DNA of 64,000 bases. Origin: a virus. The notes under the pieces are model-generated. The model was not told where the DNA came from and ran no database searches. It was given only the letters and a program-made list of their open reading frames with translations. Shown here piece after piece: positions 1 to 8,611 of this stretch. Within the stretch, counting starts at the first letter, position 1; each line of letters starts with the position of its first letter. Location: IMG/VR virus record IMGVR_UViG_3300050821_001948, positions 66,644-130,643 of that record; one strand, written 5' to 3'. The position numbers and the translations under genes are program-made.

Positions 1-35
1 CTAACCTTAGTGCCGGGTAGCAGTCTGGCAGTCAT
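1..35 (-). CDS. partial hypothetical protein (runs off window edge)
   Basis: ATG at 35 (minus) preceded by the AACACTCACAAAGAAAGG motif/RBS; open to window edge. Confidence 0.5.
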   Translation of the reverse strand, partial: MTARLLPGTKV

Positions 36-109
36 GGCCGTAGCCTTTCTTTGTGAGTGTTTAGGATGACAAGGAACGACACGCGCGCGGCGTGCCGAAC
101 CTAGAGACA

Positions 110-559
110 CTAAACGTAGTGCGGTGTGTGTACTCCATCCTTCGCTGTGTAGTCATCGCAGGATTCGCACGGGCGAGGATTCGCGTACTCTAGAGCCTCG
201 GCCAACGTGAACGCATAGCCGGACATTCCGCCGTACATTCCCTTACCGTGCTCGTCCACGCCTGCGAACGCTTCGCGCGTGCCATTGTCGGCGTACACGT
301 ACTCCGGCCATTCAACCGTTTCCGCCTCTGTGATCGCCGCGTCAAGCTGCGCGCGCAATTCCCTAGCCTCTGCGACTGTGTACCAGAGGTGAAAACGCTT
401 GTCCGTTTCGCCGTTACCCTGCGACACGTAGACGCACACTGTCGGATCGCTGATATCCGAGCCCGCGTATCCGTCAATACCGGCATGACCTTTATTACCG
501 TCCGATGACGTCCGAACGTAAACCGCCGTGCCGCGTGCAAGGTTCGATTGTGTGCCCAT
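110..559 (-). CDS. hypothetical early protein
   Basis: ORF 110..604; ATG at 559 follows the GAAAGG motif. Confidence 0.7.
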   Translation of the reverse strand: MGTQSNLARGTAVYVRTSSDGNKGHAGIDGYAGSDISDPTVCVYVSQGNGETDKRFHLWYTVAEARELRAQLDAAITEAETVEWPEYVYADNGTREAFAGVDEHGKGMYGGMSGYAFTLAEALEYANPRPCESCDDYTAKDGVHTPHYV

Positions 560-653
560 GGTGAGTGTTTCCTTTCGTGAGTGAGTGGCAACGGACGTTG
601 CCATCGTGCGCCGTGTCGGAATCGAACCGGCTTAAACCGTTCGGCGCTGTGAA

Positions 654-794
654 TCAATCCGTGTAGGTGATCCGGTAGTCTGCCAAGTCGCGGTATTCAT
701 CCGTGGCTAGTTCCACCTGTACGTCGACTGCCTGCGACAGACTGTCACAATCCGCGCGGACGTTACCCTGAGAGTCGATTACTACGTATCGCAT
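654..794 (-). CDS. small hypothetical protein (46 aa, MRYVVIDSQGNVRADCD...)
   Basis: read by hand; ATG 794 downstream of repeat motif, TGA 654. Confidence 0.65.
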   Translation of the reverse strand: MRYVVIDSQGNVRADCDSLSQAVDVQVELATDEYRDLADYRITYTD

Positions 795-885
795 GTTAAA
801 GCCTTTCTGTGTGAGTGTTGTCTAGGTGTGCAACACGTAGCGCGCACCGTAGCGCGTGCCACATGCAACGAACCTAGCGCCGTGC

Positions 886-1134
886 TTAGCGCTCCGTGCC
901 CCAGACAAGTTCGCCGTGTGCGTCGCGGCCGATGACGTTACCGCCGCAGAGCGCGTACTCACGCTCGATCTCAGCGCCGAGCGTGCTCCAGAGTGAGACA
1001 GTCTCAACCGTCTCCGCCATAACCGTGGAGCGGCGGAAAGGGTTCGAGCCGACGTTCGTCCGTACTGCCGATGTCGCAGTAGCGCGCGGGTCGGCGCCGT
1101 TGTGCTTCACAACCTTGCGTCCGTTGAGTTCCAT
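886..1134 (-). CDS. hypothetical early protein (MELNGRKVVK...)
   Basis: within ORF 886..1257; ATG 1134 follows repeat motif. Confidence 0.65.
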   Translation of the reverse strand: MELNGRKVVKHNGADPRATATSAVRTNVGSNPFRRSTVMAETVETVSLWSTLGAEIEREYALCGGNVIGRDAHGELVWGTER

Positions 1135-1837
1135 GTCCGTATCCGTTCTGTGTGAGTGTTCGTATGGCGTGTGCCATCGTGCGCGCTGTGAGTGTGAGTC
1201 ACTAGACCAGAATCGTCGGCGCGCGGACATGGCAGAGAATGAATCGGCCCGATGCAATGATGCACACCCGATGTCTATTCCCTACCAGCTAATCGCGCGG
1301 CGCTTGTTAGGTGCCAGACCTTGCCAGCACTCTCGCCGCTAGGGTCGGGCATCACGGGGAGTTATTATCGCTGACTCCCAGGCCACTCGCCACCATCACG
1401 ATGTCTTGCACTACCAGAATCGACCGATGCCTACGCCTGCCATACCGCCATTAGGGTGACGTTTCCGTCTCACTGTCTCGACGGCATCGGGCCAGTGAGA
1501 GTCTAGCCGCCTATGCAAGCAGTCTACCTGTCTATCTGGCCTAGCTGCCTATGCTTTGCGATTCGATATCGCAGATACACTACCTACAATGTTCGAACAC
1601 CTGTTCGATAGCCCCCCCGTTAGAAGTAGTCAAACCCTCAATTACTTTGTGTTATAACGCCGGGACCGCTCGAACATTTTGGGCGATTTCAAATTCGGAT
1701 TATTACGAAAACGGACGTTTTAATTTCACCCGTTTGGCGGTTGTATTGGCCTTTATTTGACATGGCTGCTAAACTAAGCGCAAAGCGCTTGACACCCGGC
1801 GTAATCAGTAGTAACGGACGTTTGAATTGGAGTTGGA

Positions 1838-1996
1838 ATGAGTGGGGAAGCGCGAGAAATTGCCCGCATGCGGGAAGAGATGTATGGGATGATCGAATAT
1901 CTGGAACTCGAACTCAAGGATGATCCCAGTTTCATGGTTCACCCGGTCGATGTAATCGTAGACCTTCGATATGCCCTTGGTGAGATTGAAAGATGA
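1838..1996 (+). CDS. small hypothetical protein (52 aa, MSGEAREIARM...)
   Basis: read by hand; GGAG RBS; stop overlaps next start (ATGA). Confidence 0.55.
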   Translation: MSGEAREIARMREEMYGMIEYLELELKDDPSFMVHPVDVIVDLRYALGEIER

Positions 1997-2503
1997 CGAC
2001 CCAAATGTTTGAGGAATACGATCCAACCCGAATCGATATCCAATTCGATCCAACCGCGAAGAGAATGGTTGGAGTTGCCTATCATGGCAACACTCCGTTT
2101 GACGTACCTTTATCTCGGAGATCGCGCCTAATATTTGGCAGGGTGGCTGCGAGAATGGATTAATCCTTCCAGCACATATTCGACACTTGGTGTCACTTTA
2201 TCCGTGGGAGCAGTACACCACCCATGACGATCTGGACTCGATCCTGGTTGTGAAAATGTACGACTCGGTTGACCAGGGCTTTGGTCAGGTAGAACAGATC
2301 GCCCGATGGGTTGACTCAGTGGCTGACTCAGCTCCGGTATTAGTTCACTGCCAGGCCGGTTTAAACCGCAGCTCCCTGGTTGTGGCGCGCGCCCTTATGT
2401 TTCGCGGGTATAACGGAGAGGAAGCCATCGATCTGGTCGCGAGAAGCGTTCACCAGCATGTTTATGTAATCCGGCCTTCGAAGAGTACCTACTAAATCTT
2501 TAA
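1993..2503 (+). pseudogene. dual-specificity/tyrosine phosphatase, frameshifted twice (or sequencing errors)
   Basis: HCQAGLNRS catalytic loop (HCxxGxxRS); single-base deletions near 2110 and 2437 break an otherwise continuous frame ending ...RSPACLCNPAFEEYLLNL*. Confidence 0.7.
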
Positions 2504-2526
2504 CATTAACTTCCGTTTTCGGTTGA

Positions 2527-2533
2527 GCCGATA
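2527..2533 (+). promoter_or_regulatory. GCCGATA late-promoter -10-like element
   Basis: 8 nt upstream of ATG 2542. Confidence 0.6.
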
Positions 2534-2541
2534 CAATGGGT

Positions 2542-3633
2542 ATGGCTAACCAACTAAAATACGGTCGTCGTCCGCCCAAGAATTCCCCCGCCCTCAAGTT
2601 TGCAAGCTTTCGCAGCGCGGTAGTTCCAACTCATCCAACCACCGAAGACTACCTCGCGCCACTCGCGGGCTGGCAGGTTCTTGGAAATGATGTTGCTGGT
2701 GACTGCAATGCAGTGGCTTGGGCTAACATGCGTCGCCTTGTAACTGCCACCTTAGCGACTGAGAACTATCCGTCTCAGGACGAGGTGTGGGCTTTTTATA
2801 AGACGCAGAACCCAACTTTCGATCCGAACGGAACTTCTGCCGATAATGGCCCCGGCTCCAACGCTGACCAGGGTATGGATATTCAGAGTGGTCTTGAATA
2901 TCTTCAGGCTAACGGTGGACCTGATGGGGTTAAGGCAATCGCTTTCGCTAAGGTTGACCATACTAATCTCGCTGAGGTTGAGGCGGCGCTCGCGATCTTC
3001 GGTTCTCTTTGGCTCGGCATTACAGTCCTTGCGGCGAACCAGACGGAGTTCTCGAACGGCCAACCGTGGAGCAATGTTCCCAACTCCCCTATTGATGGCG
3101 GTCACGCAATCCTTGGTGGCGGCTACACCCCAGATATTAGATTCATCACCTGGGGCCAAGAGACTGAATTCGACCCCAGCTTCTGGAGCGGCTCCGCTGG
3201 CGGTAGCCCGTTGGTTGAAGAGGCATGGGTTGTTATCTGGCCAGAGCACTTCGGTTCGAAAGAATTTCTTACGGGCGTAAATCTTGCTCAGCTCGCAATT
3301 GATTACAACGCCTTGACTGGCGGAACCCTGGTTGTTCCTACCCCTCAACCACCTACCCCGGCCCCAGTACCGGCCCCGGCTCCTCAACCAACGCCGACTC
3401 CGGAACCTATCCCAGCACCCCCTGCTCCACCAACACCCGTGCCACCCATCCCGGAGCCAACCCCTAGCCCAACTCCAGTTCCGGTACCGACGCCTCAGCC
3501 ATCTCCTATCGTAGATAAGTTTGATCTTGCACTAGCCCAGGTGGCAACTTCGTGGGTTAAGAATCGCCACATCTTCAGTAATCACAAAATGGCAGTAGCT
3601 CTCAAGCAGTGGCTGGCCGGTAAGGGACTCTAA
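2542..3633 (+). CDS. papain-like cysteine peptidase domain protein with Pro-rich linker (lysis-associated)
   Basis: GDCxxxA nucleophile-like motif, GGHAILGGGY His motif, TWG; long PTP/PAP linker; directly upstream of endolysin. Confidence 0.6.
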   Translation: MANQLKYGRRPPKNSPALKFASFRSAVVPTHPTTEDYLAPLAGWQVLGNDVAGDCNAVAWANMRRLVTATLATENYPSQDEVWAFYKTQNPTFDPNGTSADNGPGSNADQGMDIQSGLEYLQANGGPDGVKAIAFAKVDHTNLAEVEAALAIFGSLWLGITVLAANQTEFSNGQPWSNVPNSPIDGGHAILGGGYTPDIRFITWGQETEFDPSFWSGSAGGSPLVEEAWVVIWPEHFGSKEFLTGVNLAQLAIDYNALTGGTLVVPTPQPPTPAPVPAPAPQPTPTPEPIPAPPAPPTPVPPIPEPTPSPTPVPVPTPQPSPIVDKFDLALAQVATSWVKNRHIFSNHKMAVALKQWLAGKGL

Positions 3634-3635
3634 TA

Positions 3636-4739
3636 ATGACGACCATTGCCTACGATAAGCCCGTCGAGGATCTGGTTGCGCAGCTTAGCGCAACAGGTCA
3701 CGTAACCCACGACGCATACAAAAAGACTTCTGTCACTATCCACCACAATGCTGGCATCATGACCCATGAAGATATTCTTCGCGCCTGGGTAGTTCGACCA
3801 TCCTCAGCACACTTCGACGTAGATGGTGCTGGTTCCGTGGCTCAGTATGTCAAGGTTGATGAGTACGCTTGGGCTGTCGGGAACACCGAAGGTAATCAGT
3901 TCTCAATCAGTATTGAAATGTGCAACTCGACCCTCAGCCCGGATTGGCAGGTTTCCGCGACTACATGGCAGGCCGCTGCCCGTCTAGCTGGATGGCTCTT
4001 CGCATTCGAAATCGGCGCTCGACCGGACTCAAATAACTTCTTCCAGCACGACCACTGGTCCGCTACTGGATGCCCAGGTCCCTATATCGCCTCTATTTGG
4101 GGTCAGGTTATGGCTGCGGCGCAGGCTGCTTATGATTCATTCGTGGGGCACTCTTCCCCGACCCCCGCTCCCACCCCAACCCCGGTGAGCCCACCGAGTT
4201 CGGTACTGAGTCTTGGTAGTAAGGGTGCGGCCGTTTCCGCCATGCAGGCGGAGTTGAACGCTAAGGGCTTCGGGCCGGTTGTGGTAGATGGAGACTTTGG
4301 TCCAGCAACTCAGGCTACTCTGAAGGTTGCTCAGGCCGCGCTTCATCTAGCAGTAGTAGATGGTATTTATGGTCCGAACACTCAGGCGGCTCTCGCTGCG
4401 TATAGCAAGCCGCTGACTACGAACCCAGCCCTGGTGACAAATCTCCAGAACGACGTCCACGTGCTACCTGATGGCAAATGGGGCAATGGGACTGATGTTG
4501 CACTGACATGGGTAATGTCTGTTGCGCAGAGCCAGTCGCTACCTGGAGATATTAAGGCGCTCCAGACCTGGGTTGGCGCCACACCGGACGGATTCTGGGG
4601 TCAGCTCTCTAAGCTCGCGCTTGTTGCGACCGTGAGGAAGATCCAGGGATCTCTTGGGGTTGCGCAGGATGGGTCCGTTGGGCCGATCACTCTTGCGGCC
4701 TTCAACAAGGCTCGCGTAGCTAACCTTAACAAGTTCTGA
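3636..4739 (+). CDS. endolysin: N-acetylmuramoyl-L-alanine amidase with peptidoglycan-binding repeats
   Basis: HHNA, SAHF, YAWAVG, SISIE, HxHW-ATGCPG amidase_2 motifs; repeated DGxxGPxT PG-binding motifs. Confidence 0.9.
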   Translation: MTTIAYDKPVEDLVAQLSATGHVTHDAYKKTSVTIHHNAGIMTHEDILRAWVVRPSSAHFDVDGAGSVAQYVKVDEYAWAVGNTEGNQFSISIEMCNSTLSPDWQVSATTWQAAARLAGWLFAFEIGARPDSNNFFQHDHWSATGCPGPYIASIWGQVMAAAQAAYDSFVGHSSPTPAPTPTPVSPPSSVLSLGSKGAAVSAMQAELNAKGFGPVVVDGDFGPATQATLKVAQAALHLAVVDGIYGPNTQAALAAYSKPLTTNPALVTNLQNDVHVLPDGKWGNGTDVALTWVMSVAQSQSLPGDIKALQTWVGATPDGFWGQLSKLALVATVRKIQGSLGVAQDGSVGPITLAAFNKARVANLNKF

Positions 4740-4778
4740 TAGGTTGACGTGAAGTGCCCTAAGTGGGATGCTTGTTAA

Positions 4779-4946
4779 ATGACGGGACACCGCAAGTGGG
4801 GCGACATTTACGCCGAAGCTCTCGCCTCGGGTAGGATCACCGAAGAGGGCGTCAAACGAGCGCGTAAGGAACTGCTCGCCCAGATTGAAGTATGGGATAA
4901 TGAGGCATTGACTTCCGGTGAGCCCTGTGAGAAGATCGATGGATGA
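4779..4946 (+). CDS. small hypothetical protein (55 aa)
   Basis: read by hand (MTGHRKWGDIYAEAL...), ATGA overlap with next gene. Confidence 0.5.
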   Translation: MTGHRKWGDIYAEALASGRITEEGVKRARKELLAQIEVWDNEALTSGEPCEKIDG

Positions 4947-5149
4947 GAGCCGTCCACGGTAAAGAACGCTACATGCGTACTTTGTATGGGAAAAGGGACA
5001 GAAGGTCCGAAGTCCAGAAAGCCAATGATGAGGCACGGCGCAAGCGACACAAGATTACATTCCTCAGCGTCGTAGCCATCTTATTGATTCTGATTGTCGC
5101 CGGTAATATTATTCATGGCCTGTTTATCCTGTTTGGATATCAGAGCTAA
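4943..5149 (+). CDS. small membrane protein
   Basis: basic N-terminus followed by one hydrophobic helix. Confidence 0.6.
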   Translation: MRAVHGKERYMRTLYGKRDRRSEVQKANDEARRKRHKITFLSVVAILLILIVAGNIIHGLFILFGYQS

Positions 5150-5325
5150 AAGAGCGTTCCTTGCTCCATGGGGCGCGAACTCGGGAACATTATTCCGTCC
5201 TTGTGGTAAGCCCGCACATCCTCAGCGCGCTCCTTAGAAGTGAGAACGCCAGTCAAGGAACAGTTACTACACTCAACCAGGTAGCAGTCTCCGTTCCGAA
5301 TAATCTTGACGGAGTGCTTACTCAT
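5146..5325 (-). CDS. small hypothetical protein (59 aa, CxxC)
   Basis: read by hand (MSKHSVKIIRNGDCYLVECSNC...), overlaps upstream stop. Confidence 0.5.
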   Translation of the reverse strand: MSKHSVKIIRNGDCYLVECSNCSLTGVLTSKERAEDVRAYHKDGIMFPSSRPMEQGTLF

Positions 5326-5509
5326 CCCCGAGGTACCCCATCTCCCACGTGGGATGAACGGACACCATTTGGCCGGTATCGAGAAGGAGATTCAGCCGAC
5401 CATTGTCAGCGCTAAGGATTCGCCCAGGGAAACCCTGAAATAATACTCGACCTCCGCGCTTAGCTGGAACGTTGTAGTAGTTCCGAACGTAAGCCATGTC
5501 GCCGCGCAT
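5318..5509 (-). CDS. hypothetical phage protein
   Basis: ORF track; coupled to neighbours. Confidence 0.65.
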   Translation of the reverse strand: MRGDMAYVRNYYNVPAKRGGRVLFQGFPGRILSADNGRLNLLLDTGQMVSVHPTWEMGYLGDE

Positions 5510-5823
5510 TATGCCCGCTTCATCGCCATAGGGTGCCCAGTGGAACGGGTACGCTGTGAGGCGGAAGAACCATGATGGTAAGGTAGCTGCACTTCGCGCG
5601 TGTTAGAAGGATTAGCAACCTCGCTAGCGGTCAGCGTAATAATCTTCCGACCCTTCCTCTTACCAATGAAGCCCTTACGGTAATTCGGGGGGCCAATCGG
5701 CGTTGGGTTCTGCCTACGCGGGGGAGTGGGTTCCCAAGGAGTATTGGCACTCTCGTTAATATCCGGCCCCGCAGTAGAGCCTTCATCGAAAATCATGATT
5801 GGGAGGGAACTCGTGTCATTCAT
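5509..5823 (-). CDS. hypothetical protein
   Basis: ORF track; GGAGG RBS; coupled. Confidence 0.6.
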   Translation of the reverse strand: MNDTSSLPIMIFDEGSTAGPDINESANTPWEPTPPRRQNPTPIGPPNYRKGFIGKRKGRKIITLTASEVANPSNTREVQLPYHHGSSASQRTRSTGHPMAMKRA

Positions 5824-5993
5824 CGTACAGCATCCTCCTTCGCCAACGCGTAAAGCTCAGCATGAGCTTCTGCCTCAGGGCCGGTGAACACACCAACCAC
5901 CTTCGACGTCAAAGTATCAACGACTTCGAACCGCTTCCGGGTGGCACTCCGGTCGGGAAACGTGAAATCCTCACACGTGAAATATCTGTCCAT
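5820..5993 (-). CDS. small hypothetical protein (57 aa)
   Basis: read by hand (MDRYFTCEDF...), GGAGG RBS, ATGA overlap. Confidence 0.55.
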   Translation of the reverse strand: MDRYFTCEDFTFPDRSATRKRFEVVDTLTSKVVGVFTGPEAEAHAELYALAKEDAVR

Positions 5994-6150
5994 ACCCTTA
6001 TCCTCCCATATGCCGGTTTTAAGTGACCCCTGACACGCCGGTCAGGTTTTGATTTTCGAGGGATACGCTCAGTAGCCCTGTAACCTAATTCCTAAAATTT
6101 TCGCGATTGGAAAACATTTGATTCAACCGCTGACCTACCGATAAATAGGT

Positions 6151-6381
6151 ATGAACCTTTCTGTGACAAACACTGCTACTCGCTTGACGCTTCCTCAGGG
6201 TGCTCTCGTTATTCTTCAGAACCTGGGAAGCGGTGCGGTCTACGTTGATCAAGACGATAGCGTAAGTAGCACCACTTCTTTTAAGCTGGCGTCTGGTGAC
6301 AAGTACCAGTTCCCTAGAACGGCTGGCTCAATCTGGGTAATTAGCGATGGTGCGGCTGATCTTCGGATTCTTGTTGCTTAG
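6151..6381 (+). CDS. small beta-rich protein, possibly virion-associated
   Basis: ORF track; ACCGATA element 7 nt upstream. Confidence 0.6.
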   Translation: MNLSVTNTATRLTLPQGALVILQNLGSGAVYVDQDDSVSSTTSFKLASGDKYQFPRTAGSIWVISDGAADLRILVA

Positions 6382-6559
6382 GTAGTCGCTCTACATTACC
6401 GCAATTGTCCCACCTGGCGTTACACTCCCAATTTTCGCACTCAAATCCTGTTAAGTCTCGGTGCTCTGAATAGGCCATGGAAGTATAGGTAAGTTCAACC
6501 TCAATATCGTTTCCACAATATGGACATACGAGACGCCTAGGTTCTACCACATTATCCAT
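6341..6559 (-). CDS. zinc-ribbon protein
   Basis: CPYC...CENWEC motifs. Confidence 0.55.
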   Translation of the reverse strand: MDNVVEPRRLVCPYCGNDIEVELTYTSMAYSEHRDLTGFECENWECNARWDNCGNVERLPKQQESEDQPHHR

Positions 6560-6581
6560 TTCTCTCTCACAATTCCTCACT

Positions 6582-6606
6582 AAACCCGATTATCTCGGGT
6601 TTTTTG
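6582..6606. terminator. intrinsic terminator-like hairpin
   Basis: AAACCCGA-TTATC-TCGGGTTT followed by T run. Confidence 0.55.
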
Positions 6607-6619
6607 CGTTTTTCCAAGT

Positions 6620-6755
6620 AATAAACGAGTGGCCCGTAGCCGCTCGGGCGCCGAGTTCCGAGACAAGCTACGAGCCACTCGCAACTGGCGGATCAGGTCA
6701 CTTCGCACAGTGACCGATGCGCAGAGCGTGGCAGGCACCGCTCGTTGACCAGTTG
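6620..6755 (-). ncRNA. candidate structured ncRNA (~135 nt), unnamed
   Basis: minus-strand TTGACA-17-TAAGTT promoter (6790-6762); three-way junction plus 15-bp hairpin with G-U pair on this strand, followed by TTTATT. Confidence 0.55.
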
Positions 6756-6856
6756 AGCAGAAACTTAGCCACCCCGGAAACATTTGTCAAGCCCCTAGAT
6801 CTGGGTGGAGTGTCGTGCTAGAGTCTCTCCTAGCCGAAATTTTCTTGGAGGAAACC

Positions 6857-7084
6857 ATGTCTACCGACGTTATGTCAGATCTGAGCATCTCACCTACCTC
6901 TACGGATGTTCCCGATGACCCAGATGGCCTAGCCCATGTTGCGGATGAGGTAGAAATTACCCGGAGTGCAGTAGAGGGAACCGTAGTTACGGCTCTCTGC
7001 GGCTACAAGCTCCAACAGGTACGCGATGCGGTTGGTCTTCCCATCTGTGAAGAGTGTCGCAGGCTTAACCAACTACTTCTTTGA
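6857..7084 (+). CDS. DUF3039-like actinobacterial protein
   Basis: AHV...ITRSAVEGxxVTALCG...PICEEC signature; GGAGG RBS. Confidence 0.7.
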   Translation: MSTDVMSDLSISPTSTDVPDDPDGLAHVADEVEITRSAVEGTVVTALCGYKLQQVRDAVGLPICEECRRLNQLLL

Positions 7085-7132
7085 CGGGTAAGTTATACTG
7101 AAGGTTACATATACTACTGGTCGGAGAAGATT

Positions 7133-7504
7133 ATGGGCTGGAACGAGCTGAGCGTACCTGATGAGCCGGAAGGAACCGGCTGGGTTACAGCACCCCTTCT
7201 AACTACCTCAGAGATAGCCCAGGTAATTCTTTGTCGTTATACGGCTGAACGCCCATCGAGGGTAGACGTTGTGCACGGCATTGAATTAAACACCCCACCG
7301 GAGTGTTTAGCAAGGATGAAAGGCTTACACCCGGACGAAGACTGCCTGACGATTTTCGTCTCAGCTAGAAGTTTAGATGCTGGCATATCCGCAGAGGCTT
7401 TCACCTTAGAATTACGGACCAGCGACCCATCTAGTGAACCCCTTCATGCTGGACTCCTCTTCGAGGCTGACCTTGATGACGAGATTCCGCTCGCTGATGA
7501 GTAA
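7133..7504 (+). CDS. hypothetical protein
   Basis: ORF track; GGAG RBS. Confidence 0.6.
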   Translation: MGWNELSVPDEPEGTGWVTAPLLTTSEIAQVILCRYTAERPSRVDVVHGIELNTPPECLARMKGLHPDEDCLTIFVSARSLDAGISAEAFTLELRTSDPSSEPLHAGLLFEADLDDEIPLADE

Positions 7505-7709
7505 ATCCATCCCGTGCGTTTGTGGCGGTATAAATAGCGCGTGTACTCAATGTTCCGGTTCTGGGTTTGTCTTGAAAATTAACTGTCGTAGGTGTAATGG
7601 AACCGGAAACGACTCGGGTATTGCAAATGTCGGCGGAAAATGCGTAGATTGTCGCGGTTTAGGTTGGCGCGAGCTAGATAATCCTATTCTGACTGATGAG
7701 TTTGAGTGA
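7497..7709 (+). CDS. DnaJ-type zinc-finger protein
   Basis: CxxCxGxG repeats (CTQCSGSG, CRRCNGTG, CVDCRGLG). Confidence 0.7.
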   Translation: MSKSIPCVCGGINSACTQCSGSGFVLKINCRRCNGTGNDSGIANVGGKCVDCRGLGWRELDNPILTDEFE

Positions 7710-8287
7710 TCTATCCTTGGAGTAAGGCTGTCGTAATAAATTTGCCCTCAAGGAAGGATAGATTAGAACAATTCTCTCTTGGCGCCGAAAAGCAGGAGAT
7801 CAATTTCACTACATGGCCAGCTATGGCTCATCCATTAGGAGCAGTTGGCTGCTTGGCGTCACATCGGGAGGTTTTAAGGGCATTCAAGGATTCCGGTGAC
7901 GAATGTTGGGCCATATTCGAAGATGACTGCTTATTTGTGGACAACTTTCAAGAATTGTTCCATAACTTCTTCGATCTAGTTCCGGTGTGTTGGGATGCCC
8001 TGTGGCTTGGTGGTAGGCACTTGGATCATCCCATACGTATGCACGAGCACGCCCGAGTCATTACTAAGGTGAGCCTTAGTCATGCTTATGTGATATCACA
8101 CCGCGCAGTAGATGCGCTACTCGGTTTAACGGAAAGAGGGTTGCCGGGTACCTCTCACGTTGATAAGATGTGGAGTGACGCACTGGGTCCTCGTGGTTTA
8201 ACTTATGCTCCAGTTCCTTGGCTTTGTGGGCAATCTGATGGATGGTCTGATATAATTCAGTCTCATTTGTCAGAAAGATGGGGTTAA
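7706..8287 (+). CDS. glycosyltransferase family 25
   Basis: VINLxxRxDR, GCLASH, IFEDD, HAYVIS motifs. Confidence 0.8.
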   Translation: MIYPWSKAVVINLPSRKDRLEQFSLGAEKQEINFTTWPAMAHPLGAVGCLASHREVLRAFKDSGDECWAIFEDDCLFVDNFQELFHNFFDLVPVCWDALWLGGRHLDHPIRMHEHARVITKVSLSHAYVISHRAVDALLGLTERGLPGTSHVDKMWSDALGPRGLTYAPVPWLCGQSDGWSDIIQSHLSERWG

Positions 8288-8291
8288 TCGC

Positions 8292-8320
8292 TTGACGGGG
8301 TAGAAGCTGTCTGATAACGT
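8292..8320 (+). promoter_or_regulatory. sigma70-type promoter of the tRNA array
   Basis: TTGACG-17 nt-TAACGT. Confidence 0.6.
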
Positions 8321-8384
8321 ATGATTGCAACGTCCGATTCCGATAGTTGGACATTATAACCGAGATAAGGTACAGGAGGTAATC

Positions 8385-8486
8385 ATGATTGATACGCGCG
8401 GACTAGGGACAAACCCATCCGTTAATCAGTCATGGGCGAAGCGATTCCAGCCCACCTCGGCCTACAGTGGTGAGGAGCAGGACTAG
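8385..8486 (+). CDS. putative leader peptide (33 aa) of tRNA-array attenuator
   Basis: AGGAGGT RBS, MIDTRGLGTNPSVNQSWAKRFQPTSAYSGEEQD*, immediately before terminator. Confidence 0.6.
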   Translation: MIDTRGLGTNPSVNQSWAKRFQPTSAYSGEEQD

Positions 8487-8502
8487 ACTAAAATCTAAGC
8501 CT

Positions 8503-8533
8503 GCGCCCCTGTCCACTGGATGAGGGGCGTTTT
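8503..8533 (+). terminator. intrinsic terminator (attenuator) before first tRNA
   Basis: GCGCCCCT...AGGGGCGT + TTT. Confidence 0.65.
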
Positions 8534-8539
8534 ACATAT

Positions 8540-8611
8540 AGGGGATTAGTTCAGCGGTAGAACAGCAGTCTCCAAAACTGCGTGTCGGGAGTTCAAGTCT
8601 CTCATCCCCTG
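8540..8611 (+). tRNA. tRNA-Trp(CCA)
   Basis: cloverleaf; GCAGT-CTCCAAA-ACTGC. Confidence 0.92.

Larger units (their letters stand above)
44..1160 (-). repeat. dispersed start-associated repeat AACACTCAC(A/T)CAGAAAGG
   Basis: copies at 44-61, 571-589 (plus partial 561-569), 802-819, 1143-1160, each 7-11 nt upstream of a minus-strand ATG. Confidence 0.8.
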
